Both the position numbers and the translations under genes were made by a program. The notes beneath the pieces were generated by a model. The model saw only the letters and a list, made by a program, of their open reading frames with translations, searched no databases and was not told where the DNA came from. Of a DNA stretch of 64,000 nucleotides, positions 19,720 to 29,515 are shown piece after piece. Source of the DNA: Candidatus Latescibacterota bacterium (GTDB taxonomy: Bacteria > Latescibacterota > UBA2968 > UBA8231). How positions within the stretch are numbered: the stretch's first letter is position 1; every line of letters starts with the position of its first letter. The stretch is from contig OZ242005.1 of the NCBI GenBank assembly GCA_965204725.1, positions 2,752,001 through 2,816,000 on the forward strand, read 5' to 3'.

Positions 19720-22161
19720 ATGATGCGTTTATGGAGAATGTTACTAGCTATAATAATCATTGCCATTTTCGCTGGGGGTGCTCCGCTCTGGGGCCATGTA
19801 GAAGACGGAGAAATCACGGGCAAGCCGCTAAGAGCCATAAGAATCCATGCTACTCCCCCTAAAATCGACGGCCGCTTAGACGATTTAATCTGGCAGCGCG
19901 CCCCTGTCTTTACAGGATTTACTCAGCGGCGACCCGATACGGGACAGGCGGCGACCGAATCGACGACCGTACAATTTGCTTACGACGACAAAGCACTGTA
20001 CGTCGGTGTTATGGCCTTTGATCGCCAGCCCGAGCACATAGTGGCTCGTCTCGCCCGCCGCGATCAGTGGTCAGAAGCAGATTTCATCCAGATTGCCATC
20101 GATGCCCACCACGATCATCAGACGAACTTTGTGTTCCAAGTATTCGCCGGCGGCTCCCTGACAGATGGGTACAATTACGATGATGGACAGGGTTGGGACA
20201 GTGCCTGGGATGGGGTCTGGCAAGCGCGGCAAAGTCGGCATGAGAACGGGTGGTGTGTAGAATACAAAATTCCCTACCAAGCGCTCCGCTTCAGTCCCCA
20301 AGAGAAATACACTTGGGGCATCAATGTAATTCGCTACATAAGTCGCAAAAAAGAAGATGTCTATTGGCGTATGATTCCGCTTGAGCAAAGCGGTTGGCCC
20401 TCGCACTTTGGCCATCTCGAAGGTATTGAGCAGATCATTCCCCCTAAACCTTTGGAGATTATGCCTTATATCGTCGGCCGATCCACCTTTATCGCCGACA
20501 ATGGGTCCGATAGCCGCGATCTCTTCGGCAATCTGGGGGTTAATATGCGCTACGGCCTGACCTCGGGCCTCTCGCTCAACGCCACAGTCAATCCAGACTT
20601 CGGGCAGGTGGAGGCCGACCCGGCCGTACTAAATCTTTCCGTCTTTGAGACCTTCTTTGAGGAGCGGCGTCCCTTTTTCGTCGATGGTGCCGATAATTTC
20701 CGCACGCCGATCCAGCTTTTCTATTCCCGTCGCATTGGCAAGCAGCCCGGCTTCAATCGCATCCCCAGCGGTTTTGAAATGGTGGACCGACCAGATTTTA
20801 CCACCATTTTAGGAGCCGTAAAAATAATGGGTAAGACGACCGGCAAAACCAGCTTTGGGTTCATGGAAGCACTTACCGCTAGAGAGTATGCCTCGCTGGA
20901 AAGTGTGGAGGAAGAAAAAAACCGTCGTGATTTTATTCTCGAACCGCGCTCCCACATCTTGGTGGGCCGAGTACAACAAGATCTCTTTCAAGGCAACTCT
21001 CACATTGGCCTGACCGGTACGAGTCTCAATCGACACAAGGCGGCCGACGCGTACTCTGGAAGTGTGGATTGGTGGCTGCATTCGGGGCAAAACGCATACG
21101 ATTTCTGGGGACAGATCGCCGGTAGCCAAATCGGATCGGCCGCCGACCGGAAGAGGGGGTGGGGCAACGAGATGGCCGTAGGCAAGCGGAGCGGCTGGCT
21201 ACGAGGAGAATTCCATTGGCAAGCCTACTCAAAAGACTTTGAAATCAATGATCTGGGTTTTCTATGGCGGAACAACTACTACGAAACTCGGTTGCAACTC
21301 GCGCTGCGCAAAGATCGTCCGTGGAGTTTTTTCCGTCGGAACAGCCTGAACATCAGGCAGTGGCGGCGCTGGAACTTCGACGACGTGGTACTGGCAAACG
21401 GCATCGGCTTGAGCACTTGGCATCAGTTCAAGACCTATTGGGAACTCTTTGGATCAATAAACCATGATTTTCGCACTCAGGACGATCTAGATACCCGGGG
21501 TGGGCCGCTCATCGTCCGGCCCGCTAGCACAGATTTTGAGCTTCATATCGAAAGCGACGATCGTCGAGCCATAAGTAGCCGACTCGGCTTTTCTTGGGGA
21601 AACGACGTGGAAGGGAGCTCTTGGCGCACGATGGCATTGAGCGTAGAAATTAAACCCGCTGATCATATCGAGTATCACTTTCAGCCGCGCTATCAGTGGG
21701 GTTTCGACGATGCACAGTGGGTTGGGAATATAGATACCGATGGGAATGGCACAGTTGAACACTTCGTATATGGAACCCTGCGTAGCAAGACGCTCGATCT
21801 GACGACCCGACTCAATGTGATCTTCAGCCGGGATCTGAGCCTAGAGCTCTATGTGCAGCCGTTTCTGGCGGTTGGGACCTACAAAAACTTCAAGGAACTA
21901 ACCAGCCCGAGTTCGTATCTGTTTACCCCGTATTCAGAGTTGGGTTACAATCCCGATTTTCGCCGCCGTTCACTACAAAGTAACATGGTCCTGCGTTGGG
22001 AATATCGTCCGGGCAGTACCTTATTCTTGGTGTGGTCCCAAGCGAACAGTGCGTTCTCTTCAGAGCCTTCCTTCCGCCCGCTGAAGAATATAGGGGAGAG
22101 TTTCCTAGACGCTGGTTCGGATATTTTCTTTGTCAAGGCAAATTACTGGCTATCATTATAG
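19720..22161 (+). CDS. DUF5916/CBM9-like outer-membrane protein
   Basis: PKIDGRLDD, NPDFGQVEAD, FFEERRPFF, VLRWEYRPGSTLFLVW, C-terminal KANYWLSL. Confidence 0.85.
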   Translation: MMRLWRMLLAIIIIAIFAGGAPLWGHVEDGEITGKPLRAIRIHATPPKIDGRLDDLIWQRAPVFTGFTQRRPDTGQAATESTTVQFAYDDKALYVGVMAFDRQPEHIVARLARRDQWSEADFIQIAIDAHHDHQTNFVFQVFAGGSLTDGYNYDDGQGWDSAWDGVWQARQSRHENGWCVEYKIPYQALRFSPQEKYTWGINVIRYISRKKEDVYWRMIPLEQSGWPSHFGHLEGIEQIIPPKPLEIMPYIVGRSTFIADNGSDSRDLFGNLGVNMRYGLTSGLSLNATVNPDFGQVEADPAVLNLSVFETFFEERRPFFVDGADNFRTPIQLFYSRRIGKQPGFNRIPSGFEMVDRPDFTTILGAVKIMGKTTGKTSFGFMEALTAREYASLESVEEEKNRRDFILEPRSHILVGRVQQDLFQGNSHIGLTGTSLNRHKAADAYSGSVDWWLHSGQNAYDFWGQIAGSQIGSAADRKRGWGNEMAVGKRSGWLRGEFHWQAYSKDFEINDLGFLWRNNYYETRLQLALRKDRPWSFFRRNSLNIRQWRRWNFDDVVLANGIGLSTWHQFKTYWELFGSINHDFRTQDDLDTRGGPLIVRPASTDFELHIESDDRRAISSRLGFSWGNDVEGSSWRTMALSVEIKPADHIEYHFQPRYQWGFDDAQWVGNIDTDGNGTVEHFVYGTLRSKTLDLTTRLNVIFSRDLSLELYVQPFLAVGTYKNFKELTSPSSYLFTPYSELGYNPDFRRRSLQSNMVLRWEYRPGSTLFLVWSQANSAFSSEPSFRPLKNIGESFLDAGSDIFFVKANYWLSL

Positions 22162-22174
22162 CAACCCTACAACC

Positions 22175-23482
22175 ATGAACCGCCGCGACGTCCTCAAATA
22201 CCTCGCTGCCGCTTTCGCCAGCGGGTGCGGCCGGTACTTACCCGGGGAAAACGCGCTGGAGATCGCCAACCTCCAGCCGCCGGCCGCGCAAGTGCCGATC
22301 AATCAGCTTATGTGGCGGGCTGTGGAGCGCTTCCGCGAGACGCACCCGGAAGTCCAAGTCGAGCCAGCCAGCGGTGGCGGTGGCGGCTACCAAGAATTGA
22401 TGATCCGCGTCATGGAGGGGCATCCGCCGGACATCATGTCCTTTGCCACGGCCGAGACCGGCCTTACCTACGCCTACGTCGAGCAGGGGCACGTCCTCGA
22501 TATAACCGAGTACCTCCAGCGGCCCGCTTGGGATACCCCGGGCAAGACTTGGCTGGAGACCATCGACCCGCTCTACCGAGAGCCGCTGACGTACCAAGGC
22601 CGCTTTTACGCCATCCCCCAAAACGTGATTTCCCTCCAAGTGTATTGCAACGCCGAGCTGTACCAACGCGCCGGGGCCGACCTCAATCCGCAGACTTGGG
22701 ATCAGTTTCTCGACAACTGCGCGCGCCTCAAACGCGCCGGTATCGTCCCCATTACCCAAGACGGCATCCACTGGTACACGAGCTGGTGGTTCGATCACCT
22801 CGCCCAGCGCATCCTCGGCGCAGACAAAGTGCGCCAAGCCTTCCGCGACCCCCAGCGCCGAACCCCATGGACCGAACCCGGGTTTCTCCAAGCCGCCCGC
22901 ATGGTCGAACAGATGCTGGATCGGGGGTACTTCGCCGAGGGGTTTGCCGGCCTCAACCACATCGAGTCCGAGCTTTTGTTCTGGCAGGGGCGGGCGGCGA
23001 CCGTGTTTGTGGGCAGTTGGTTTACCAGCGGCCGAGCCGAAGTCATCGGGGAGGATTTCCCCTTGTACGCGTTTCGCTTTCCCGCAGTTGAAGGCGGGCG
23101 CGGGAATCCCCGCGACTTGATCGGCACGGTCAACACCCAGAGCATCCCCGCTTTGGCGCGCCAGCCCGAGCGGGCGGCCGAGTTTCTGCGCTTGGTAAAC
23201 AGCCGCTGGTTCCAAGCGCAGATGGTGCAACAGGCCCAGATGATCAGCCCGCTGGTCGGGATGCCGCTGCCCGGCAGCCAACAAGGCTTAGATCAGGTGC
23301 TCGCCGAGACCGAGCGGTTCTACTCGTTTTCCTTTGGGCTAGAAGGGGCGCACCCGTTTTTGTATCGCCAATACTGGAACGAGTGGAACCAGTTCATGGT
23401 GGCGCGCGAGCTATCGGCGACCCAACTCGTGGAAAATCTCGAAAGCATTTTTACTCGGTATTACGGGCACTTCGCGGCCTAG
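22175..23482 (+). CDS. Carbohydrate ABC substrate-binding lipoprotein (Tat-type signal)
   Basis: MNRRDVLK..ASGC; PPDI, GRFYAIP, PQTWDQF, FWQGRAA. Confidence 0.85.
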   Translation: MNRRDVLKYLAAAFASGCGRYLPGENALEIANLQPPAAQVPINQLMWRAVERFRETHPEVQVEPASGGGGGYQELMIRVMEGHPPDIMSFATAETGLTYAYVEQGHVLDITEYLQRPAWDTPGKTWLETIDPLYREPLTYQGRFYAIPQNVISLQVYCNAELYQRAGADLNPQTWDQFLDNCARLKRAGIVPITQDGIHWYTSWWFDHLAQRILGADKVRQAFRDPQRRTPWTEPGFLQAARMVEQMLDRGYFAEGFAGLNHIESELLFWQGRAATVFVGSWFTSGRAEVIGEDFPLYAFRFPAVEGGRGNPRDLIGTVNTQSIPALARQPERAAEFLRLVNSRWFQAQMVQQAQMISPLVGMPLPGSQQGLDQVLAETERFYSFSFGLEGAHPFLYRQYWNEWNQFMVARELSATQLVENLESIFTRYYGHFAA

Positions 23483-24365
23483 CGGTAGAAGTAGAGCGAG
23501 CCTGCTGGTAGAGCAAACCGGCGACGATGAGCGCAAGGCCCGCTAGGGTCGCCCGGTGGATCGCCTCGCCGAGCACAAAGTGAATCAGCACCAGCGAGCA
23601 GAACGGGGAGATGAAGATCAGGTTGCTGACCTTGGCGGTGTTTTCCGCGTAGCGCAGCGCCCACTGCCACAGGACGTACGTAATCCCCATCTCAAAGAGG
23701 CCGATGTAAGCCGCCCCGACCAGACCCGGCCAAGCCGGGACCTGCCACTGCCCCATCAGCAGGACGCAACCGAACGCCAGCGGCAGCGACAGGGCAAAAT
23801 TGAGAAAGAGCCGCACTATGGGATCGCGGCGATCGCGGGTGTTGTAGAGCCAATAGAAGGCCCATACCACCGTGCTGCCCAGCGCCAAGGCGACCCCGAG
23901 TGAATCGGAAAAGCGCAAGGTCCAGACCTCGCCGCGCGTGGAGACGACTAGGACGCCGGCATAGCAGACCACGCCCGCGATTAGATCGCGCCGGCCGATT
24001 CGCTGGCCCAACAGCGGGATGGAAAGCCAAGTCAGGGTGAGTGCCCAAGTATAATTGAGTGCCTGCGCCTCTTGGGCGGGCAGCAGTTGGTAGGCTTTGA
24101 AGAGGATCAGATAATAGAGCAGGGGGTTTAACGCGCCCAGCGCCAGCGAGCGAGCGCAGTCGGCCGGCCGGCTCCTGAGCACCTGTCCCATTTTCCCCTG
24201 CGCGACGAGCAATGCTCCCTGCGCCCCGGTCGAAGCGCAACTCGCCCACAACAAAAGATCGGCGTAGTCCATATAGCGGAGGGTGATCTTAAACGCCGAC
24301 GCCACGGTGGACCACAGCAACACTGCGGCCAATCCGCACAGATACGCCCGTTTCTGGTCGGTCAC
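23451..24365 (-). CDS. DMT/EamA family transporter
   Basis: About 10 TM helices; LLWSTVASAFK, QEAQALNYTW. Confidence 0.85.
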   Translation of the reverse strand: MTDQKRAYLCGLAAVLLWSTVASAFKITLRYMDYADLLLWASCASTGAQGALLVAQGKMGQVLRSRPADCARSLALGALNPLLYYLILFKAYQLLPAQEAQALNYTWALTLTWLSIPLLGQRIGRRDLIAGVVCYAGVLVVSTRGEVWTLRFSDSLGVALALGSTVVWAFYWLYNTRDRRDPIVRLFLNFALSLPLAFGCVLLMGQWQVPAWPGLVGAAYIGLFEMGITYVLWQWALRYAENTAKVSNLIFISPFCSLVLIHFVLGEAIHRATLAGLALIVAGLLYQQARSTSTARPRSARNTE

Positions 24366-24376
24366 CGTGCGCTCCG

Positions 24377-25762
24377 CTAAAACTGGGTGACCTGCTTGGG
24401 GCCAATATCTACGGCTTGGGCCAGCGCGTCGAAGTTTTGCTTGAGCAGCGCGAAGCGCACGGCTGAATAGGCAGGGTCGTCCCAGCGGTTGTCGAACTCC
24501 CCGGGGTCTTCCGCTAGGTCAAACAGCTCGCCTTGGGCGCGGTCGTGGTAGCAGACCAGTTTGTAGCGTTGGTCGCGGATCATCGTGCCGTAGGTGCCTT
24601 GGAGATGCTCCCGGCCCGGCGCGTCCGGGTTGAGGGCGCGGTAGTACTCGCTACGGACGTAGGCGCGGTGCGTCTGGGTTTGGCCGGTCAGCAGCGGCCA
24701 CAGGGAGCGGCCCTGCATTCGGTCGGGGGCCGTCACTCCGGCCAGTTCGAGCAAGGTCGGGGCCAAGTCTATCAGCTCGACCAGCGCATCGCAGACGCGC
24801 CCCTCCGGGATGCGGCTCGGCCAAGAGCAGATTAGGGGCACCCGCACCAAGCACTCGTAAAATCGGCATCCCTTGCCCACGAGCTGGTGATCGCCCAGCA
24901 ACTCGCCGTGATCCGAAGTGAAAATCACGAGGGTGTTCTCGCGCTGGCCGCTTTCTTCTAGTGCTCGGATCACGCGCCCCACATTGTCGTCGATCAATTC
25001 AATCATCGCGTAGTACGCCGCCATGACCTCCTTGGCTTTGGCCAAGCCAATAGACGCGGCCCCATCGACCGGCCCCAGCTTCGCATGGGCTTGGAGATCC
25101 TTTTCGCTCCACAGCGGATCGGGCAGGGCCGCTGGATCGTAGCGGTCCAAATACGCCTGCGGCGGGTCGAAGGGTGCGTGCGGGTCGAACATGTTGACGC
25201 TCATTAGCCAAGGCGTAGTCCGCTCCTCGCAGATAAACTCAATGGCTTGGTTGGCACACCAAGTCGTCTGGTGCAGGGCCGGTGGGATCTGGGCTGGGTC
25301 TTCGCGCAACTCGGCCAAGGGGCGGCCTTGGGCGCGCACCCAATCGGCGTACGCATGCCCTTCGGGCCACTGGTCGCGTGAGTCGTGGCTCCAGTGGAAG
25401 ACGCGATAGCCGTCGTCGCCGCGCGGCTCGATCCGGCCGTGGGCCCCGGCTAGGTGCAACTTGCCGGCTAGGCCGCAGTCGTAGGACGCGGCGTCGGCCA
25501 GCAGCTTGGTGACCAGCGGGGCCGCGCCCGCCCAATAGGCATTGCCATTGGTGCAGCCGTGGACGCTGCTCGGATACATGCCGGTGAGAAAGCTGGCGCG
25601 GCTGGGGGTGCAGATTGGGCTTTGGCAGAAGGCGTGGGTAAAAGCGGTGCCCTCGCCGACTAGGCGGTCAATGTTCGGCGTATTTATGTGCTCGTTGCCG
25701 AGGGCGCCAATCGTATCGTAGCGCTGCTGATCAGTGCAAATCCAGAGAATGTTCGGACGCAT
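24377..25762 (-). CDS. Cys-type sulfatase
   Basis: RPNILWICTDQQR, CTPSRASFLTG, GKLHL, FTSDHG. Confidence 0.9.
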   Translation of the reverse strand: MRPNILWICTDQQRYDTIGALGNEHINTPNIDRLVGEGTAFTHAFCQSPICTPSRASFLTGMYPSSVHGCTNGNAYWAGAAPLVTKLLADAASYDCGLAGKLHLAGAHGRIEPRGDDGYRVFHWSHDSRDQWPEGHAYADWVRAQGRPLAELREDPAQIPPALHQTTWCANQAIEFICEERTTPWLMSVNMFDPHAPFDPPQAYLDRYDPAALPDPLWSEKDLQAHAKLGPVDGAASIGLAKAKEVMAAYYAMIELIDDNVGRVIRALEESGQRENTLVIFTSDHGELLGDHQLVGKGCRFYECLVRVPLICSWPSRIPEGRVCDALVELIDLAPTLLELAGVTAPDRMQGRSLWPLLTGQTQTHRAYVRSEYYRALNPDAPGREHLQGTYGTMIRDQRYKLVCYHDRAQGELFDLAEDPGEFDNRWDDPAYSAVRFALLKQNFDALAQAVDIGPKQVTQF

Positions 25763-25841
25763 GGTTTTGTCTCCCATCCGGTCGGCCGCAACTTTTAGCT
25801 CGCGATCCCACCGCTCAAGCGGGTGCTTGCCAAGGCTTGGC

Positions 25842-26837
25842 TCAACCCGCAATAAGCCCGGTCCCGCGCAGCAAGGTTTCCTGCACCAGAAGCTCGTGGT
25901 CGAGCGTCCGGTCAGGTGCTTGCTCGCCCTTGAGCACTCTTATAAGGGACGCCAATTCGAGTTCGTAGAGCCTCTGCCGCGAAATCCCCGCAAAAGGCAC
26001 CGTCTGTACGCCCTGCGCGTACCCGTCGGCGGCCTCGGTTAGGCAGAGCCGAATGGCGTGGCCCGGCTCAAAAGGCTCGAGCAGAATCGCACTGCCGCGC
26101 TCGCCATAGACCTCAAAGCGCCGGGCCATTGGTTGCGGCTCCATCGCCGCAATATCGACCCAAGCCATGGCTCGCTCGTATTCAAAAACCCCGAGCGTAT
26201 TGTCCTGAAACGCGGGCACGATTCCGGTGTCGTTCCGCAGAAAGGTCGTTGCTTTCTCTGGCCGCCCCAAAATCCACACCACTTGGTCGAGCATGTGCCC
26301 GGCCAAATCGTAGAAGATGCCGCCGTGGTGCCCGGCGGCGATTACTGTGCGCCCGGCTGGGGTGATGTTGGTGGACATGTGGGCGCGCACCGAATAGACA
26401 TGGCCCAAAAACCCCGCCCGCGCCCACTCCGCGATCTGGCTGAAGCCGGGATGGTAGCGCAGCATAAAGCCCATTTGCACTTGCAGGTCGGCGGCCCGCG
26501 CCTGTGCTACGACCCGCTGCCATTGTGCCCAATCGTCCCCGGCTGGCTTGTCGTACCACACGTGCTTGCCCGCTTGAACGATGCGCTCGGTCTGGTCCAA
26601 GCTCTCGTCGTTGCGGCCTTCGGAGGCCACAGCCGCAATGGAGCTATCGCCGAGCAGCGCTTCCTCGCTATCCAAGAAGCGGACCTGCCGATAGGGTTCG
26701 TCGCTGGCAACTTGCTGGCGACGCTCGGCATCGGGTTCGTACAGGCCGACGACCTCGACCTCGGGGTTGTCGAGCATGGCCTTGAGTTTGCCAGCGGCGT
26801 GCCCGTGCTTGGTGCCGTATTGCGCCATGCGGATCAT
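25842..26837 (-). CDS. Gfo/Idh/MocA oxidoreductase
   Basis: GKHVWYDKP, GFMLRY, GGIFYDLAGHMLD. Confidence 0.85.
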   Translation of the reverse strand: MIRMAQYGTKHGHAAGKLKAMLDNPEVEVVGLYEPDAERRQQVASDEPYRQVRFLDSEEALLGDSSIAAVASEGRNDESLDQTERIVQAGKHVWYDKPAGDDWAQWQRVVAQARAADLQVQMGFMLRYHPGFSQIAEWARAGFLGHVYSVRAHMSTNITPAGRTVIAAGHHGGIFYDLAGHMLDQVVWILGRPEKATTFLRNDTGIVPAFQDNTLGVFEYERAMAWVDIAAMEPQPMARRFEVYGERGSAILLEPFEPGHAIRLCLTEAADGYAQGVQTVPFAGISRQRLYELELASLIRVLKGEQAPDRTLDHELLVQETLLRGTGLIAG

Positions 26838-26991
26838 AGGGTCTCCTCGCGGAAAAGGTGGAATCAAAACTCGAACAAACTTTGGAAATCGTCATAATCT
26901 CTTGTTTTTACAAGAGATTCTCACATCCGTGACGTCGCTTCCCGCCCAAAATCAAAACCCGATCAAAAAATCGCGATCAGCGCGAGGCCTG

Positions 26992-27018
26992 CGGTCTCCC
27001 CACGCGTACGGGGAACAT
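26992..27018 (-). repeat. Single degenerate type I-E-like CRISPR repeat or hairpin
   Basis: Minus strand ATGTTCCCCGTACGCGTGGGGAGACCG resembles GTGTTCCCCGC..GCGGGGATAAACCG; only one copy seen. Confidence 0.35.
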
Positions 27019-27107
27019 TTTATTGAATATAAATACAAGTTTCCGCAGAATCCCCGAAACCACGCGGCGTCTTGCCCCAAAACGCCAGCAGGCGAGCGGC
27101 TTCCATC

Positions 27108-27875
27108 TCAGCGGCCCATCCACCCGCCATCAACCACTACAATCGCGCCATGCACGTAGTCGGACGCTGGCGACGACAGCCACACCACCGCGCCTTTTAA
27201 GTCGTCCGGTGTACCCCACCGGCCCGCTGGAATCCTCACCAGTAGCTGCTCGTTGCGCACGGGATCGTCGCGCAGGGCTTGGTTGTTGTCGGTGGCGATA
27301 TAGCCGGGGGCAATGGCATTGACGTTGACCCCGCGACCAGCCCATTCGTTGGCCAGTGCCATCGTCAACTGCCCGATCCCGCCCTTGGCCGCGGCATAGC
27401 CCGGCACGGTGATCCCGCCTTGGAAGGTCAGCACCGAAGCGGTAAAGACGATCTTGCCCCGGCCGCGGGACAGCATCTGCTTGCCGAATTCCCGCGCCAG
27501 CACGAATTGCGCGTTTAAGTTGACCTCGATGACGTGGTCCCAGTCTTCGTCTGAGTGTTCGTCGGCCGGGGCGCGCCGAATCGTACCGGCGTTGTTGATG
27601 AGGATGTCGATCGGGCCGACCTCGGCGTTGACCTGCTCGACGAAGGCGTGGAGTGCCGCCCGGTCGCCGAAATCGCAGGCATAGCCCTTGAAGCGCTGGC
27701 CGCGTGCGGCAATGTCTTTGCCGACCGCGGAGTCTGCTTCGAGCGACGCACTGACGCCGACGATATCCGCCCCGGCCTCGGCCAATGCTTGCGCGAACCC
27801 GCGTCCAATGCCGCGGCGACATCCGGTGACCAGCGCCGTCTGGCCGTCGAGCTTAAAAAGATCCAAGATGCTCAT
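27108..27875 (-). CDS. kduD: KduD-like SDR (2-deoxy-D-gluconate 3-dehydrogenase)
   Basis: TGCRRGIG, NNAGTIRR, FQGGITVPGYAAAK, ANEWA, VDGGWMGR. Confidence 0.8.
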   Translation of the reverse strand: MSILDLFKLDGQTALVTGCRRGIGRGFAQALAEAGADIVGVSASLEADSAVGKDIAARGQRFKGYACDFGDRAALHAFVEQVNAEVGPIDILINNAGTIRRAPADEHSDEDWDHVIEVNLNAQFVLAREFGKQMLSRGRGKIVFTASVLTFQGGITVPGYAAAKGGIGQLTMALANEWAGRGVNVNAIAPGYIATDNNQALRDDPVRNEQLLVRIPAGRWGTPDDLKGAVVWLSSPASDYVHGAIVVVDGGWMGR

Positions 27876-27884
27876 GCTATTCCT

Positions 27885-28007
27885 TTGAGTATCGATTGCT
27901 CTTGGCATGCCCGTTTCGGTAGTTCTGGCCGAGTTCATTTCCGCTTCTACCCAAGTTCGTACAAAGTCGAAATCGGCTACATTGGGCCGCACTTACCGCT
28001 CCCCTAA
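27885..28007 (+). pseudogene. 3' remnant of a gene ending WHARF-GRVHF-IGYIGPHL
   Basis: Protein-like tail SIDCSWHARFGSSGRVHFRFYPSSYKVEIGYIGPHLPLP* in the spacer, antisense to its neighbours, with no own start. Confidence 0.55.
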
Positions 28008-29470
28008 TCCATCTTGTGCGGATAATCCCGCTCCCATCCCGCCGCCCCGAACGCCTTATCGGACCACAGCGAGCCACTCTCCGAAGCGTACACCAAGTTG
28101 TAGTCGTGCGAGGTCTGGACGGAGCGCATGACCTCGCGCCAGAGCGCGGCGTCCAAGCGCCGGTATTCGGCTGCGTGCGACGCGGATGCGGCGAGATTGT
28201 GCTGTTCTTGGGGGTCTTCCTGCAAATCGAAAAGCCCGGCCGCGCCGTTGCCGTATTTGACCAGCTTGTGGCGTCCGTCGTAGGCCATCCAGCCGGACTG
28301 CAAGCCGCCGACTAGCAGGTCGCGCGGCGCATCGCCGGCCAAGCCCAACCCGGGCAGGGGCCTAGCATCCATGTACTCTGGTACGCCGTGGCCAGACGAG
28401 GCGAGCAGGGTGGCGGTGACGTCCGTGAGGCAAACCAAATCGTCGCACACCGCGCCAGCGGCCCCGCTCGGTGGGCGAACCAGCATGGGCACATGGCAAC
28501 TGCCTTCGTAGAAGTTGCCCTTGGCATTTACGCCGTGATCGCCCACTAGATCGCCGTGGTCGGAGGAAAAAACGACGAGGGTATTGTCGAGACGACCGCT
28601 TTCCTCCAAGGCCGCGAGGATGCGGCCGACTTCGTGGTCTATCTGCAAGATGAGGGCCGAATAGTGGGCGCGCACCTTGCGCTTTTGTTCCTCGGTGTAG
28701 GGGCCTTGGGTCTCTGGAGTCCATATCGGCACACCCGGCCGACGCGGGGGATGGAGGCCCGTGCGGATGTCGCGGTGAATGGGGTCGCCGGGCGCGGGAT
28801 CGGGAATTTTATCAACATCGACTTGGGCTAAAAACTCCGCCGTGGGGTCGTAGGGGTCGTGCGGTCCGGGAAAGCCCACCATGCAGGCGAAGGGCCGCTC
28901 GTCGTCGTACTCGCGGATGAAGCGAGCCGCTGCCTCGCCGACGAAGTAATCCCAATAGCAATCCCAAGGCAAAAGCGACACGCAAGCCCCGCGCTGCTCG
29001 TCGTAGCCTACGTGCTCCTTGCCCATGTACTTGCGGTGGCCGCGCTGTTGCAAGTAGTGCCAGTAGTCGTCTTGGATGTTGACCCACACTTTGTCTTCGC
29101 AGGCGATGCGATGTTGGAAGCCAAAAGAGGCGTCCCAAGGATAGAAGTGCATCTTGCCGATGGCCGAGGTGAGGTAGCCGTGGTCGGTCAACATCTCCGC
29201 CCAAGTGCGGATGCCGCACGCCGCGTGATCCGGGCGCAGGTAATTGCCGTTGGTCAGCACGTGGGTGCGCCAAGCGTTGAGGCCGGTGAGCAGCGAACAA
29301 CGCGCCGGCACACAGACCGGGTGCAAGCTATACGCGCGGTCGTAGCGGATCCCCTCGGCGGCAATGCGGTCGATGTTGGGCGTGGAAATGTGAGGGGCGC
29401 CGTAACAACCGAGAAAGTCGTGGCGCATCTGGTCGGGCATGATGAATAATAGGTTGGGTCGGTCGCTCAT
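28004..29470 (-). CDS. Cys-type sulfatase
   Basis: RPNLLFIMPDQMR, CVPARCSLLTG, GKMH, SSDHG. Confidence 0.9.
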   Translation of the reverse strand: MSDRPNLLFIMPDQMRHDFLGCYGAPHISTPNIDRIAAEGIRYDRAYSLHPVCVPARCSLLTGLNAWRTHVLTNGNYLRPDHAACGIRTWAEMLTDHGYLTSAIGKMHFYPWDASFGFQHRIACEDKVWVNIQDDYWHYLQQRGHRKYMGKEHVGYDEQRGACVSLLPWDCYWDYFVGEAAARFIREYDDERPFACMVGFPGPHDPYDPTAEFLAQVDVDKIPDPAPGDPIHRDIRTGLHPPRRPGVPIWTPETQGPYTEEQKRKVRAHYSALILQIDHEVGRILAALEESGRLDNTLVVFSSDHGDLVGDHGVNAKGNFYEGSCHVPMLVRPPSGAAGAVCDDLVCLTDVTATLLASSGHGVPEYMDARPLPGLGLAGDAPRDLLVGGLQSGWMAYDGRHKLVKYGNGAAGLFDLQEDPQEQHNLAASASHAAEYRRLDAALWREVMRSVQTSHDYNLVYASESGSLWSDKAFGAAGWERDYPHKMD

Positions 29471-29515
29471 GGTCTTATTCCGTCCGTTAGGGTGTTTTCG
29501 CGTAATACTGGGAGA

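Noticed and set aside
22238-23284. 348-aa minus-strand ORF and overlapping 288-aa plus-strand ORF
   Set aside because: Shadow and alternate frames of the ABC binding protein gene
26992-27018. CRISPR array
   Set aside because: Only one repeat-like unit and no cas genes; kept only as an orphan repeat
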